Below are positions 8,740 through 17,112 of a stretch of DNA of 64,000 nt, piece after piece. How positions within the stretch are numbered: the first letter of the stretch is position 1; each line of letters starts with the position of its first letter. The stretch is from a virus: the IMG/VR virus record IMGVR_UViG_3300034107_000725, positions 64,001 to 128,000 of that record; one strand, given 5' to 3'. The translations under genes and the position numbers were made by a program. The notes beneath the pieces are model-generated. The model did no database searches. It was given only the letters and a program-made list of their open reading frames with translations, and was not told the DNA's origin.

Positions 8740-9306
8740 ATGAGCCTGATCTCTGTCACTGATCTTCCAGACTATCGGCATCTTCTTTTATACGAAGTTG
8801 TCAAAGACACGGAGAAGCGAGCTGAAGTCAAGATGACAGGCTTGTTGCAGGCAACCGGAGGTTACCTGCTTGTTGGCGTTCCTACCGCTCTGGTTCGTGG
8901 TATCTTCGATGCCATGCATGAGCCGGGCATCTCTCTACCCAACGCAGTAGACGAAGAAGCCCTAAGGGCCGGTATCGTAGTGATGACCCCGGAAGAACTG
9001 AGTCAGATTGGTGGCCCGACCAAAGTCAGTGAGCGGGGTAAACACTTCACGTACCATCTCGGTAAGCTGGTCGAAGCTCCGGCTCGTGGTTGGCCTGGTG
9101 TGTCCACTTGTTGGCACTTACAAATAAAATCGCCCGAGCTAAACAAGCTCAGGCGAAGTTACGGGCTACCGTCTAAGTTGGAAGACGGCTCTGATTTTTC
9201 GATTGTGGTGGCCTGTCGTAAAATTGGCGTGTTGACCGCCAATTCTGTACGCAAAGTCACAGAGCAGCAGGCAGATCATCGTCTTCCTGATTGGACTCTA
9301 CCTTAA
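8740..9306 (+). CDS. 2H phosphoesterase-fold protein lacking both catalytic His
   Basis: YLLVGVP...RAGIVVM...WHLQIKSPELNKLRRSYGL...FSIVVA matches the 2H layout; the HxS/T motifs read GIV and SIV. Confidence 0.5.
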   Translation: MSLISVTDLPDYRHLLLYEVVKDTEKRAEVKMTGLLQATGGYLLVGVPTALVRGIFDAMHEPGISLPNAVDEEALRAGIVVMTPEELSQIGGPTKVSERGKHFTYHLGKLVEAPARGWPGVSTCWHLQIKSPELNKLRRSYGLPSKLEDGSDFSIVVACRKIGVLTANSVRKVTEQQADHRLPDWTLP

Positions 9307-9475
9307 GCAGCTGCTCAAGGGCTATCGCTTCCGCGACTTCCCTTCGATGCACAGGGATTTCAATCGGGGCTGTAATCCCCAATCGTACCTTGTCACCGCG
9401 GATGTCGACGATGGTCAAAACGATATCCGAACCGATGATGATTTCTTCGCCAACTCTTCGACAGAGAACGAGCAT
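9257..9475 (-). CDS. csrA: Carbon storage regulator CsrA/RsmA (RNA-binding translational regulator)
   Basis: MLVLCRRVGEEIIIGSDIVLTIVDIRGDKVRLGITAPIEIPVHRREV; SD GAAGGAG upstream on the - strand. Confidence 0.95.
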   Translation of the reverse strand: MLVLCRRVGEEIIIGSDIVLTIVDIRGDKVRLGITAPIEIPVHRREVAEAIALEQLLKVESNQEDDDLPAAL

Positions 9476-9556
9476 TCAAGACTCTCCTTCCGTGAAACTG
9501 AAAATGCTACCCAACGATTACACTAGCTTCTTTCTGGGGACAGGTCAATAACTCAC

Positions 9557-10063
9557 ATGAGCACACACGCACTGGAACAACGACTGATTCTCACTCCAAC
9601 CTCACAGAACGGGCATGCGGCACTGCATGATCTTTTTTTAAAATCTGCACAGTCTCGAATGGGTTGGTACATAGCAGGTTCTGAAATCGAGGGACAAGGT
9701 ATTTTTGCAGCTAAAGATTTTAAAACTGGGGATACCATCGGACTTGCGATGACACCTGACGGCGAAGATGAGTATGGTTCTAAAAAGTGGAATTTAACAG
9801 AGTTTGCCAGGTTCTGTAACCATCAGTGGAAATCTAACACAGAACTAAAGAAGCGGGACGGTCAATTTTATCTGGTGGCACTTAAGCCAATCGAAACTGA
9901 TGACGAGATCATCTCAAACTATGCCCAGGTTACTCGGGCTGTCGGCCCACACAGTCGCATGTTATGGGACGGTAAAGACATACCAACAAGTGACTTGCAG
10001 GATTATCTAGAAAAAGACGCAGAACTGTCTTCGAATTTGTTAGAATTCTATCCGCTTCCCTGA
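9557..10063 (+). CDS. SET-domain lysine methyltransferase
   Basis: SEIEGQGIFAAKDF (GxG motif), RFCNH, LKPIETDDEIISNY. Confidence 0.85.
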   Translation: MSTHALEQRLILTPTSQNGHAALHDLFLKSAQSRMGWYIAGSEIEGQGIFAAKDFKTGDTIGLAMTPDGEDEYGSKKWNLTEFARFCNHQWKSNTELKKRDGQFYLVALKPIETDDEIISNYAQVTRAVGPHSRMLWDGKDIPTSDLQDYLEKDAELSSNLLEFYPLP

Positions 10064-10087
10064 CAGTCCACCGTCTGAGGCTTAGTC

Positions 10088-10948
10088 ATGAACTTCGTGA
10101 GCACCGATCAGCTGTATAAAGATATGGCTGCATGGGAACGGCAATTGCCTGAATTTGATGCTGTTTGCGGTGTGCCTCGCAGTGGATTGATCCCTGCGGC
10201 CTACATCGCTACCAGGCGTAACATACGCATGGTACCGCTCAACGAATTGCTACAGAAGCCAGACGGGGCCATTGAACGCTCACCGTTACGAGACGTAAAT
10301 CCGGTAATGGTTTACAACAAGCCTTATGGCAATCGGCTACTCATCGTGGATGACTCATCGAGCAACGCCAGTGTCACGTTCACGGATTTGCGGCAGCGAC
10401 TGGCTCGGCAGACTTCGTTGCAAATTTCATACGGTTCGGTATACCGAGCTTCGGAAACCAGCAAGGTAGATTACTTCTATCGTGAAGTTCCGATGCCCAG
10501 GATGTTTGGCTGGAACTGGTATCGCCATTGTTACCTAGGCAACGCTATGTGTGACATGGATGGCGTGCTATGCGAAGACTGGAAGCGGCGATCAGAAGAA
10601 AACCATGATCCGGAGTTTGTCCGTCACGTGAATGAGGCAAAACCTTTGTACATTCCAGACGTACCGCTTAGAGCTGTGGTTACCAGTCGAATTGAGCGAT
10701 ACCGTAAGGAGACGATAGACTGGCTGGCTCGACATCGGGTTAAGTATGGCCGATTGATCATGCATCCGGCGGAAACACCAGAAGAGCGACGGGCTGCCAA
10801 GGATCATGCGATTCGTAAGGCTGAAGCCTACCGGTATGACAGCCAATCCTTTCTTTTCATTGAAAGCGATGTGAGACAAGCAGCTCAAATATTCGAGCTG
10901 ACACGAGCCCCCGTCTTATGTGTCGATACCATGACAATGTTTTCTTGA
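10088..10948 (+). CDS. Phosphoribosyltransferase-like domain fused to a HAD phosphatase
   Basis: VCGVPRSGLIPA and LLIVDDS (PRT); CDMDGVLC, VVTSR and FIESD (HAD motifs). Confidence 0.8.
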   Translation: MNFVSTDQLYKDMAAWERQLPEFDAVCGVPRSGLIPAAYIATRRNIRMVPLNELLQKPDGAIERSPLRDVNPVMVYNKPYGNRLLIVDDSSSNASVTFTDLRQRLARQTSLQISYGSVYRASETSKVDYFYREVPMPRMFGWNWYRHCYLGNAMCDMDGVLCEDWKRRSEENHDPEFVRHVNEAKPLYIPDVPLRAVVTSRIERYRKETIDWLARHRVKYGRLIMHPAETPEERRAAKDHAIRKAEAYRYDSQSFLFIESDVRQAAQIFELTRAPVLCVDTMTMFS

Positions 10949-10959
10949 AAGGAATATGC

Positions 10960-11472
10960 ATGAGTTTTTCTTACATCGAAGAAGATTTTCGCTACGCTAC
11001 GGGGCTTCAGGTCGACTGCTACTCTGAAGCAGAGCAGGAAGAGAAACCCCATATGGCGGGGTATGAGCTGATCCAGCTATTAGATCAGATGGACGGACAC
11101 TGGCTAAAAACACCCGCAGATAAGTGCGTGTTTTACATGCAGACTTTGCCGGGCACAGCTTACTGGCTGGTCAAGCACTGGGAACAAGCGGAACACAAGC
11201 CTCGATTTATATTGATCCTGGAGCGAGCGGTTAAAGGTAATCGAGTGTGGCAATACCTGTCGCAGCAGTCCAATGTTACGTTACATGAGCCAACACTGGA
11301 GGAACTTGATACCGTGACTTGCCAGGTCATAACCGTCCAGACAGAAATACAAAGTCGATTGGTATACAACAAACCTTCAATCATCTACGATCCCAGTCGG
11401 GCACTAAGTAAAGAGCCCGGTGGTGAGTATTTCATGAATTCAACAATATGGGTAACTCGCCATGGGAATTGA
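10960..11472 (+). CDS. Hypothetical protein
   Basis: SD AAAGGA before ATG 10960; coupled to the next gene. Confidence 0.65.
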   Translation: MSFSYIEEDFRYATGLQVDCYSEAEQEEKPHMAGYELIQLLDQMDGHWLKTPADKCVFYMQTLPGTAYWLVKHWEQAEHKPRFILILERAVKGNRVWQYLSQQSNVTLHEPTLEELDTVTCQVITVQTEIQSRLVYNKPSIIYDPSRALSKEPGGEYFMNSTIWVTRHGN

Positions 11473-11911
11473 AACAGCCGAAAACGTACCAGGCTGGATA
11501 CAGCAACTTGTACGAGACATAGGTGAGCAGCTGCATCCTTTGGGGTTTATGGGTCAACTTGGGTTTCGCTACCTGCCGCCAGCCGCTCAGGCAAACATAA
11601 CACACCGCTGGGTCATTGGAATTTATCCTGTGCCGTATGAGTTGTCAGGTGGCAAACGAGACGGCGTTGTTGTGGTCGCCGGGTTTTGTCTGGATCTTTT
11701 GAAAACAATGTCACAATTTTCTGACATCACAACTCTGGAATGGCGAGTGCCTCGAAGATATACTGACGGACTCTCCGGGCCGGAGTTCTGGTTAGAAGGA
11801 TGTTACCAGAACAAAGAATTGGTACAGCTGCATGTTTATGCGGATTGCCCGGCGGATGAACTACCTACCTTAGTACTGGATGTTGTCACTGGAACCTTAC
11901 GGGTCAAGTGA
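11462..11911 (+). CDS. Hypothetical protein resembling a Planctomycete-conserved family
   Basis: Pattern LGFRY...W...P.EL.GGKRDG...F.LDL...GPEFWLEG.Y, recalled from Planctomycete hypothetical proteins (not database-verified). Confidence 0.6.
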   Translation: MGIETAENVPGWIQQLVRDIGEQLHPLGFMGQLGFRYLPPAAQANITHRWVIGIYPVPYELSGGKRDGVVVVAGFCLDLLKTMSQFSDITTLEWRVPRRYTDGLSGPEFWLEGCYQNKELVQLHVYADCPADELPTLVLDVVTGTLRVK

Positions 11912-11952
11912 CATGTGTTGTCTGTAACTCTATATCAGCAGGAGTGGCATAT

Positions 11953-14226
11953 ATGCCTATCTCAGGGACGGATTTGGATAGTGGCTCAATTGAGAATCTA
12001 ACGGTTGCAAAGCGAGACGGCCAAGTCGTTGCGTTTGACCCCGTGAGGGTACAAACGGCAGTACAACGCTGTCTGGTGTTGGATTGTGCGTATGATGAGC
12101 AGGACGCCGACCATATCAGCACACTGATTCAGCAACAGGTTACAAACCTGGTAAAGCTAGAGCAGCAGCCAGTTGGCGTAGAGACGGTGCAGAACCTTGT
12201 GGAAAGCCAGCTCATGGCGGGTGGCTACTATCCAGTAGCAAAGCAGTACATTCTGTTTCGAGAAGCCAAGCGGCTACAGCGAGAAGAACAGCCAATTCCA
12301 GAAGCTGTTATCGAAGCATTCAAAGCAAACGATCAGTACTTCTCTAACGAGATTCAAAAGTTCCAAGCTCTCGATAAGTTTGCCCGGTTCGATCACGAAC
12401 TGGGAAGAAGAGAAACTTGGCCTGAGACAGTCAACCGTGTCTGTGAGTTCTTTAAAGTTCACTGCACGGGGCAGAACTTTACCATAACCGACCACGAGTG
12501 GGCTTATCTTAAGGACGGTTTACTGAACCTTGAAGCATCGCCGTCCATGCGTTGTGTTCAGATGGCAGGCCCAGCACTCAACCGATGTCACGTTGGCGTC
12601 TACAACTGCTCGTTCCAGTTCCTTCAGAGCACGACGGACCTGGCAGAAGAACTGTACGTTCTCATGCAGGGTACAGGCGTTGGGTTCTCAGTCGAAGCGG
12701 AATTCGCTGTTGAGAAGTTTCCAAGAGTGAAACGACAGAAGAAGACAGCCGAAGCGACAACATACGTCATACCTGATACCACTGAAGGTTGGTGTGATGC
12801 ATACAAGGCCGGTTTAGACGCCTGGTGGTCAGGGGAAGATCTACGGTTTGACTACTCCCAGATTCGTGAAGCAGGCACGCCGCTCAAGACCAAGGGCGGC
12901 AAGTCCTCGGGTCCTGGACCACTGAAGGATCTACTGGAGTTCGCACGGAAGAGAATTCTGGCCCGCCAAGGCCGATACCTGTCCAGTCTGGATCTGCACG
13001 ATATCAACTGCTTTGCTCACAGAATCGTCCGTATGGGCGGTGTGAGACGTGCCAGCGGTATCAGCCTGTCAGATCTTCACGACCACGAGATGCGGGATTG
13101 CAAGCAAGGTGAATTCTGGAATACGAACAGCCAGAGAAACCAGGCCAACAATTCCGCAGTTTATAACGAGAAGCCGGATCCGTTGGTCTGGATGGAAGAG
13201 TGGCTGACACTTGCCAAGTCCGGATCGGGCGAGCGGGGTATCTTCAACCGGGGTGGTCTCAAGAATCAGTTCCCCAAGCGACGCAAACACCAAGGGCATC
13301 TGTTTGGGACCAATCCATGCGGTGAGATCATTCTCAGACACAAACAGTTCTGTAACCTCTCAATCGCTGTCATCCGCCCGGAAGATACCTACGAAGACAT
13401 CGAACGCAAGACGATCATCGCTACGATCTGGGGCACACTTCAGTCCACCATGACCAAGTTCAACTACATTGGTGAAGACTGGAAAAAGAATAGCGAAGAA
13501 GAGCGGTTGCTTGGCGTAGATTTACTTGGCTTCTTAGACCATGCGTTATTTCAAGACAATGTCGTTGCTGCTGTAGTTCTGGACAGGCTACGAGCCAAGG
13601 TAATTGAAACGAACGTCCTTTGGGCTAAGCGGTTGGGTATCAATCCTTCTGCGGCTACAACCTGTGTGAAACCATCTGGAGACAGCAGCGTATTCTTTTT
13701 GACAGCTGCTGGATTCAAAGGGCACCACGGTGCTTACTATGTTCGCAGAGTCCGGGCCAACGACACTAACCCGGTCGCACAGATGTTGCAAGCAGAAGGC
13801 GTACCTTGTTTCAAGGACTACGACGGCAGCGGGCTGGTGTTGGAATTCCCGATGAAATCTCCGGCAGGTGGACAGCTGTTGGAAAATCAAACAGCTCTGA
13901 GTCAGTTAGAGCAGTGGAAGACCTTCAAAGTCCACTGGACTGAGCACAATCCAAGCGTGACGGTCTATATCCGACAAGAAGAGTGGCTTGCGGTGGGCAA
14001 GTGGGTGTATGATAACTGGGAGATCGTTGGCGGTTTGAGCTTCTTGCCTTACGACGGCGGTGTCTATCACTTGGCTCCGTATGAGGCGATTAGTCAGGAA
14101 GACTACGAGAAGCGAATGTCCACGTTCCCCAAAATCAACTGGGCAAAGTTGGTCCGCTACGAGAAATCGGATATGACTGACTTACACCAGCAAGTGGCCT
14201 GTGCGGGCGGGGCTTGCGAGATCTAA
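11953..14226 (+). CDS. nrdJ: Class II (adenosylcobalamin-dependent) ribonucleotide reductase with N-terminal ATP cone
   Basis: ATP cone VAKRDGQVVAFD; YNCSF, TNPCGE, FCNLS, TCVKPSG; C-terminal CAGGACEI; no beta-subunit or activase gene adjacent. Confidence 0.9.
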   Translation: MPISGTDLDSGSIENLTVAKRDGQVVAFDPVRVQTAVQRCLVLDCAYDEQDADHISTLIQQQVTNLVKLEQQPVGVETVQNLVESQLMAGGYYPVAKQYILFREAKRLQREEQPIPEAVIEAFKANDQYFSNEIQKFQALDKFARFDHELGRRETWPETVNRVCEFFKVHCTGQNFTITDHEWAYLKDGLLNLEASPSMRCVQMAGPALNRCHVGVYNCSFQFLQSTTDLAEELYVLMQGTGVGFSVEAEFAVEKFPRVKRQKKTAEATTYVIPDTTEGWCDAYKAGLDAWWSGEDLRFDYSQIREAGTPLKTKGGKSSGPGPLKDLLEFARKRILARQGRYLSSLDLHDINCFAHRIVRMGGVRRASGISLSDLHDHEMRDCKQGEFWNTNSQRNQANNSAVYNEKPDPLVWMEEWLTLAKSGSGERGIFNRGGLKNQFPKRRKHQGHLFGTNPCGEIILRHKQFCNLSIAVIRPEDTYEDIERKTIIATIWGTLQSTMTKFNYIGEDWKKNSEEERLLGVDLLGFLDHALFQDNVVAAVVLDRLRAKVIETNVLWAKRLGINPSAATTCVKPSGDSSVFFLTAAGFKGHHGAYYVRRVRANDTNPVAQMLQAEGVPCFKDYDGSGLVLEFPMKSPAGGQLLENQTALSQLEQWKTFKVHWTEHNPSVTVYIRQEEWLAVGKWVYDNWEIVGGLSFLPYDGGVYHLAPYEAISQEDYEKRMSTFPKINWAKLVRYEKSDMTDLHQQVACAGGACEI

Positions 14227-14243
14227 CACTTGCGGTACGCGAG

Positions 14244-14279
14244 ATGGCTCCGGGTTTAAAGCTCTGGAGCCATTTTGTT
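14244..14279 (+). terminator. Rho-independent terminator
   Basis: ATGGCTCCGGG-loop-CTCTGGAGCCAT followed by TTTGTT, after the nrdJ stop. Confidence 0.75.
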
Positions 14280-14303
14280 ACGTGCATCCAAATGGTGTAA
14301 GCT
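14275..14303 (+). promoter_or_regulatory. Possible sigma70-like promoter for the head/RNAP operon
   Basis: TTGTTA-17 bp-TAAGCT, 40 bp upstream of ATG 14343. Confidence 0.35.
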
Positions 14304-14342
14304 AGGTTAATACTCAGACCCGCCAGGAGACATACAAAGCCC

Positions 14343-15422
14343 ATGGATGAGCTGAATTTAAACCTAGAACAGCTTTTAGACGTAAGTCTGCACTGCGACT
14401 TTCCAGGAACGATTAATCTACTGGTTGAGAAGTGTGCAGCACCTGCCGTTGATCTTCGACAAGCCATTGCAAATCTTTATACCAAAACAGACTTAGGTAT
14501 TTATTGGAATCCCGCACAAGAAAAAGCAGCTATCTACGCGAGACCTGTGATCGATCCTGAAGAGTTTGACTGGGGATTGCAGGTACTGACAGAGAAACTG
14601 GGTTCAGACCACGTGCGGCGTGAACCACTCACAGGATATGACTTGCAGGACTGGTGGGTCAAGGTTGCCTACTCGCCAATACTTCGGCGACTGGGTGAGC
14701 TGGCTCAGTTCTTTCCCTCTAAAGATATTCCAGGTTTTGGCGGACGACCGATTGCCTCAACAGTGGCCAGCGGTTTGCTAGGTGCCGGATTGGGATACGG
14801 GGCAGGCTGGCTGGGAGAGAAAGTCATTCCTCATTGGGCCCAGTCAGAGGGAACGATTCGCAAATGGACGACGCTGTTGGGCGGGCTGGGCGGCACTGCA
14901 ATGGGTGCAACTCCCGGCTTACTCAATCTGCAAGATGGCCGCAGCTTCAACGATCCTACGCTGTGGTCAAGTCAGGCGGACGAACCTTGGCAGGGCAATA
15001 TGGTTGGCAGTCGTTACAAGGATGCAGTCGATCAATTTGTAACCAAACAGGCATTTGGATCTGTAGGCGGCCCGTCTTTTGATGAAGTACCACTCGTTCG
15101 CATGGACGAGCTTGGCCGCGTGCTGTGGGGTACAAACGCGTCACCACAGACAACCGCGATGACGATGGGGGCAATGTACGGGGCGAACCAGATGCCAGAT
15201 CCCACTGCAAGTCCAGGGCAGGTCACACCACACCAGGTGGGTATGTTCGGTCTGGCCATGGGAGCGGCGGGAGGCGGTATACGAGGTTACTTGACCGGGC
15301 GGGCCGTAGGCGTAGGCCTAGGCCTATTGACAGGCATGCCAACCGCGACTCAGAATACGTTAGGTCAAACCGGGTTAGCCTTGGGTGTTGTGAATGCCTT
15401 GGTTCCTCGGCTGTTTAACTAA
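14343..15422 (+). CDS. Putative internal head protein with Gly-rich hydrophobic segments
   Basis: GLLGAGLGYGAGWLG and glycine-zipper C-terminus; EKCA, VKVA, TKQA motifs. Confidence 0.6.
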   Translation: MDELNLNLEQLLDVSLHCDFPGTINLLVEKCAAPAVDLRQAIANLYTKTDLGIYWNPAQEKAAIYARPVIDPEEFDWGLQVLTEKLGSDHVRREPLTGYDLQDWWVKVAYSPILRRLGELAQFFPSKDIPGFGGRPIASTVASGLLGAGLGYGAGWLGEKVIPHWAQSEGTIRKWTTLLGGLGGTAMGATPGLLNLQDGRSFNDPTLWSSQADEPWQGNMVGSRYKDAVDQFVTKQAFGSVGGPSFDEVPLVRMDELGRVLWGTNASPQTTAMTMGAMYGANQMPDPTASPGQVTPHQVGMFGLAMGAAGGGIRGYLTGRAVGVGLGLLTGMPTATQNTLGQTGLALGVVNALVPRLFN

Positions 15423-15432
15423 GGAGATTGAT

Positions 15433-15843
15433 GTGTCAGCTTCACTTAATCTTTCGCAGGCTGTTGATGCTGTGGTGGCTTCTTACAAAGCCAGCGTAGC
15501 TGATGGGCGTTTGACGTTTCACGAAATACTGACATTGGTCTATAACGCTACAGCTACTTTCGTGAAACTGGTAGAATCGATAGATCAGCGACCTGGCGAT
15601 ACCAAAAAACAAGTCGTGCTCAATGCAATTGACTTGTTTTATGCTACCGTTGTAGCTCCTATCGACATTCAAGGTATACCTAACTTTCTGGAAGGTGCCA
15701 TGGATGCCGTAATCAAGGCATTTATCTTGGCACTGGCTAGTGCCTGGATCGACGCTATCGTCAACATCTTTAACAAAATTGGCTGGGGTGCCGAGACTAC
15801 GCCTTCAGGGGCTGCGGCTTTGCAAGCTCCACTGATTTTTTAA
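15433..15843 (+). CDS. Hypothetical protein (amphipathic/hydrophobic)
   Basis: SD AAGGAG 6 nt before GTG 15433. Confidence 0.65.
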   Translation: MSASLNLSQAVDAVVASYKASVADGRLTFHEILTLVYNATATFVKLVESIDQRPGDTKKQVVLNAIDLFYATVVAPIDIQGIPNFLEGAMDAVIKAFILALASAWIDAIVNIFNKIGWGAETTPSGAAALQAPLIF

Positions 15844-15856
15844 AATCCGGAATTAA
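15840..15856. promoter_or_regulatory. Recurrent near-palindromic site TTAAAATCCGGAATTAA
   Basis: Overlaps stop 15843 and abuts the SD of the next gene; other copies at 3235, 4762 (rev), 33414, 39729, 53059, 62764 (rev). Confidence 0.7.
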
Positions 15857-15867
15857 AGGAATACGAC

Positions 15868-16266
15868 ATGTCGCTGGTGATCGGTAATATGACTGGTGTG
15901 GTCTTCTTCGGACCCAGGGATCAACCTAAGGCGGTACGCTGGTGGGCTGAACGCGGACAACTACACTGGGAAGATTCCCGGACGAATGCATACGACACAG
16001 TGTCGGTTCGAGAATTCCTACTACGGCTACAGGGTATCAGTGATATGCTGTCCAATGGCCGTAAAAAAGAAAATCAAGGCTTCATGCACTCGGATGAAGT
16101 CGAGCGACATATGCGGTTTATCGAGGAAGCCTTAGAACTTGTACGGAAGGCCAAGGAACAAGGAATTCCGGAAGATCCCAAGGTACGAAGACACAAGGCG
16201 ATGGACCTCCCCGTCACAGTAGTGATGCCGTCTGCTTTGAACAGTGGTAAGGGTGTGACTTTCTAG
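15868..16266 (+). CDS. Hypothetical protein
   Basis: SD AAAGGA; in-operon ORF. Confidence 0.7.
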   Translation: MSLVIGNMTGVVFFGPRDQPKAVRWWAERGQLHWEDSRTNAYDTVSVREFLLRLQGISDMLSNGRKKENQGFMHSDEVERHMRFIEEALELVRKAKEQGIPEDPKVRRHKAMDLPVTVVMPSALNSGKGVTF

Positions 16267-16276
16267 GAGAGCAAGG

Positions 16277-16720
16277 ATGCAGACAAAAGAAGCGTTTAAA
16301 CTTGGATTTTTGGCTCGTTGTGTGGAAGAAGGCTTATCGCCAGAACAAACACACACGTTGGCCAAAATGGCAGCAGATCAGCTGGAAAAACGATCACTCA
16401 GTCCTAACCCACTAGGTTGGCTAACCGGACAGGTCACAGCTCCTGTCAAGAACATAACAGACGCCTATAAGGCGGTGCTTGACTCTGCTTCGTCTACTGT
16501 GCCCCTGGCGGCCTTAGCCATGGCGGTGCCTCCGGCTCTTGGCGGCTCTGCAGCTTGGCTCGCAAACCGAGCCACGGACACGGATGCCACAGATATTGAT
16601 CAGGTTAAGCAGAAAGAATTGTCGGATACATATCGTCGGATGGCGGCTCAAATGAACCGACAAAAGCAGCTGCGTAACTACAAGCAGGAACGCAAGCGAA
16701 CAGGTCGGGTCTACTTGTAA
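16277..16720 (+). CDS. Putative internal head protein with one hydrophobic segment
   Basis: TKEA, AKMAA; hydrophobic VPLAALAMAVPPALGGSAAWLA. Confidence 0.6.
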   Translation: MQTKEAFKLGFLARCVEEGLSPEQTHTLAKMAADQLEKRSLSPNPLGWLTGQVTAPVKNITDAYKAVLDSASSTVPLAALAMAVPPALGGSAAWLANRATDTDATDIDQVKQKELSDTYRRMAAQMNRQKQLRNYKQERKRTGRVYL

Positions 16721-16728
16721 GGACTCAT

Positions 16729-17094
16729 ATGTCAAATAGCTTGGTGAAATTCACCAGCCGCAAGGATGGCAACGGCAGGGGTAATCTATACTGGGAACGG
16801 GCAGACGTGGATGGTCTACCGTTTCGAGGACACTCGGCTCCAACTTATCGAAATGAGGAGTTTGAGGATCGGGTTGTAAGGGTAGCTGATCCAAAGAATG
16901 GTACGTTCTACACCGGTGATCCGGAGCAAAACGCAGCTTATCTCAAGGTCATGGATGGAATTGCTAACTCTTGGTATCACATGGTATTTGTCGAGCGATG
17001 GCGAGCTGAAGGCGACAAGTACCATCATGTTTATGTAGAATGGCTGGAATACTTCCTGGAAGACGGGAAGCCCGCACCGTACGAGCCGAACTAA
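16729..17094 (+). CDS. Hypothetical protein
   Basis: SD AAGGA; in-operon ORF. Confidence 0.7.
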   Translation: MSNSLVKFTSRKDGNGRGNLYWERADVDGLPFRGHSAPTYRNEEFEDRVVRVADPKNGTFYTGDPEQNAAYLKVMDGIANSWYHMVFVERWRAEGDKYHHVYVEWLEYFLEDGKPAPYEPN

Positions 17095-17112
17095 TTCAAC
17101 AAGGATGTGACT

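Noticed and set aside
15840-15856. TCCGGA motif as an RNA hairpin or late promoter
   Set aside because: Self-pairing is weak, it occurs in both orientations and it often abuts the SD, leaving no room for a start site; kept instead as a DNA-site hypothesis
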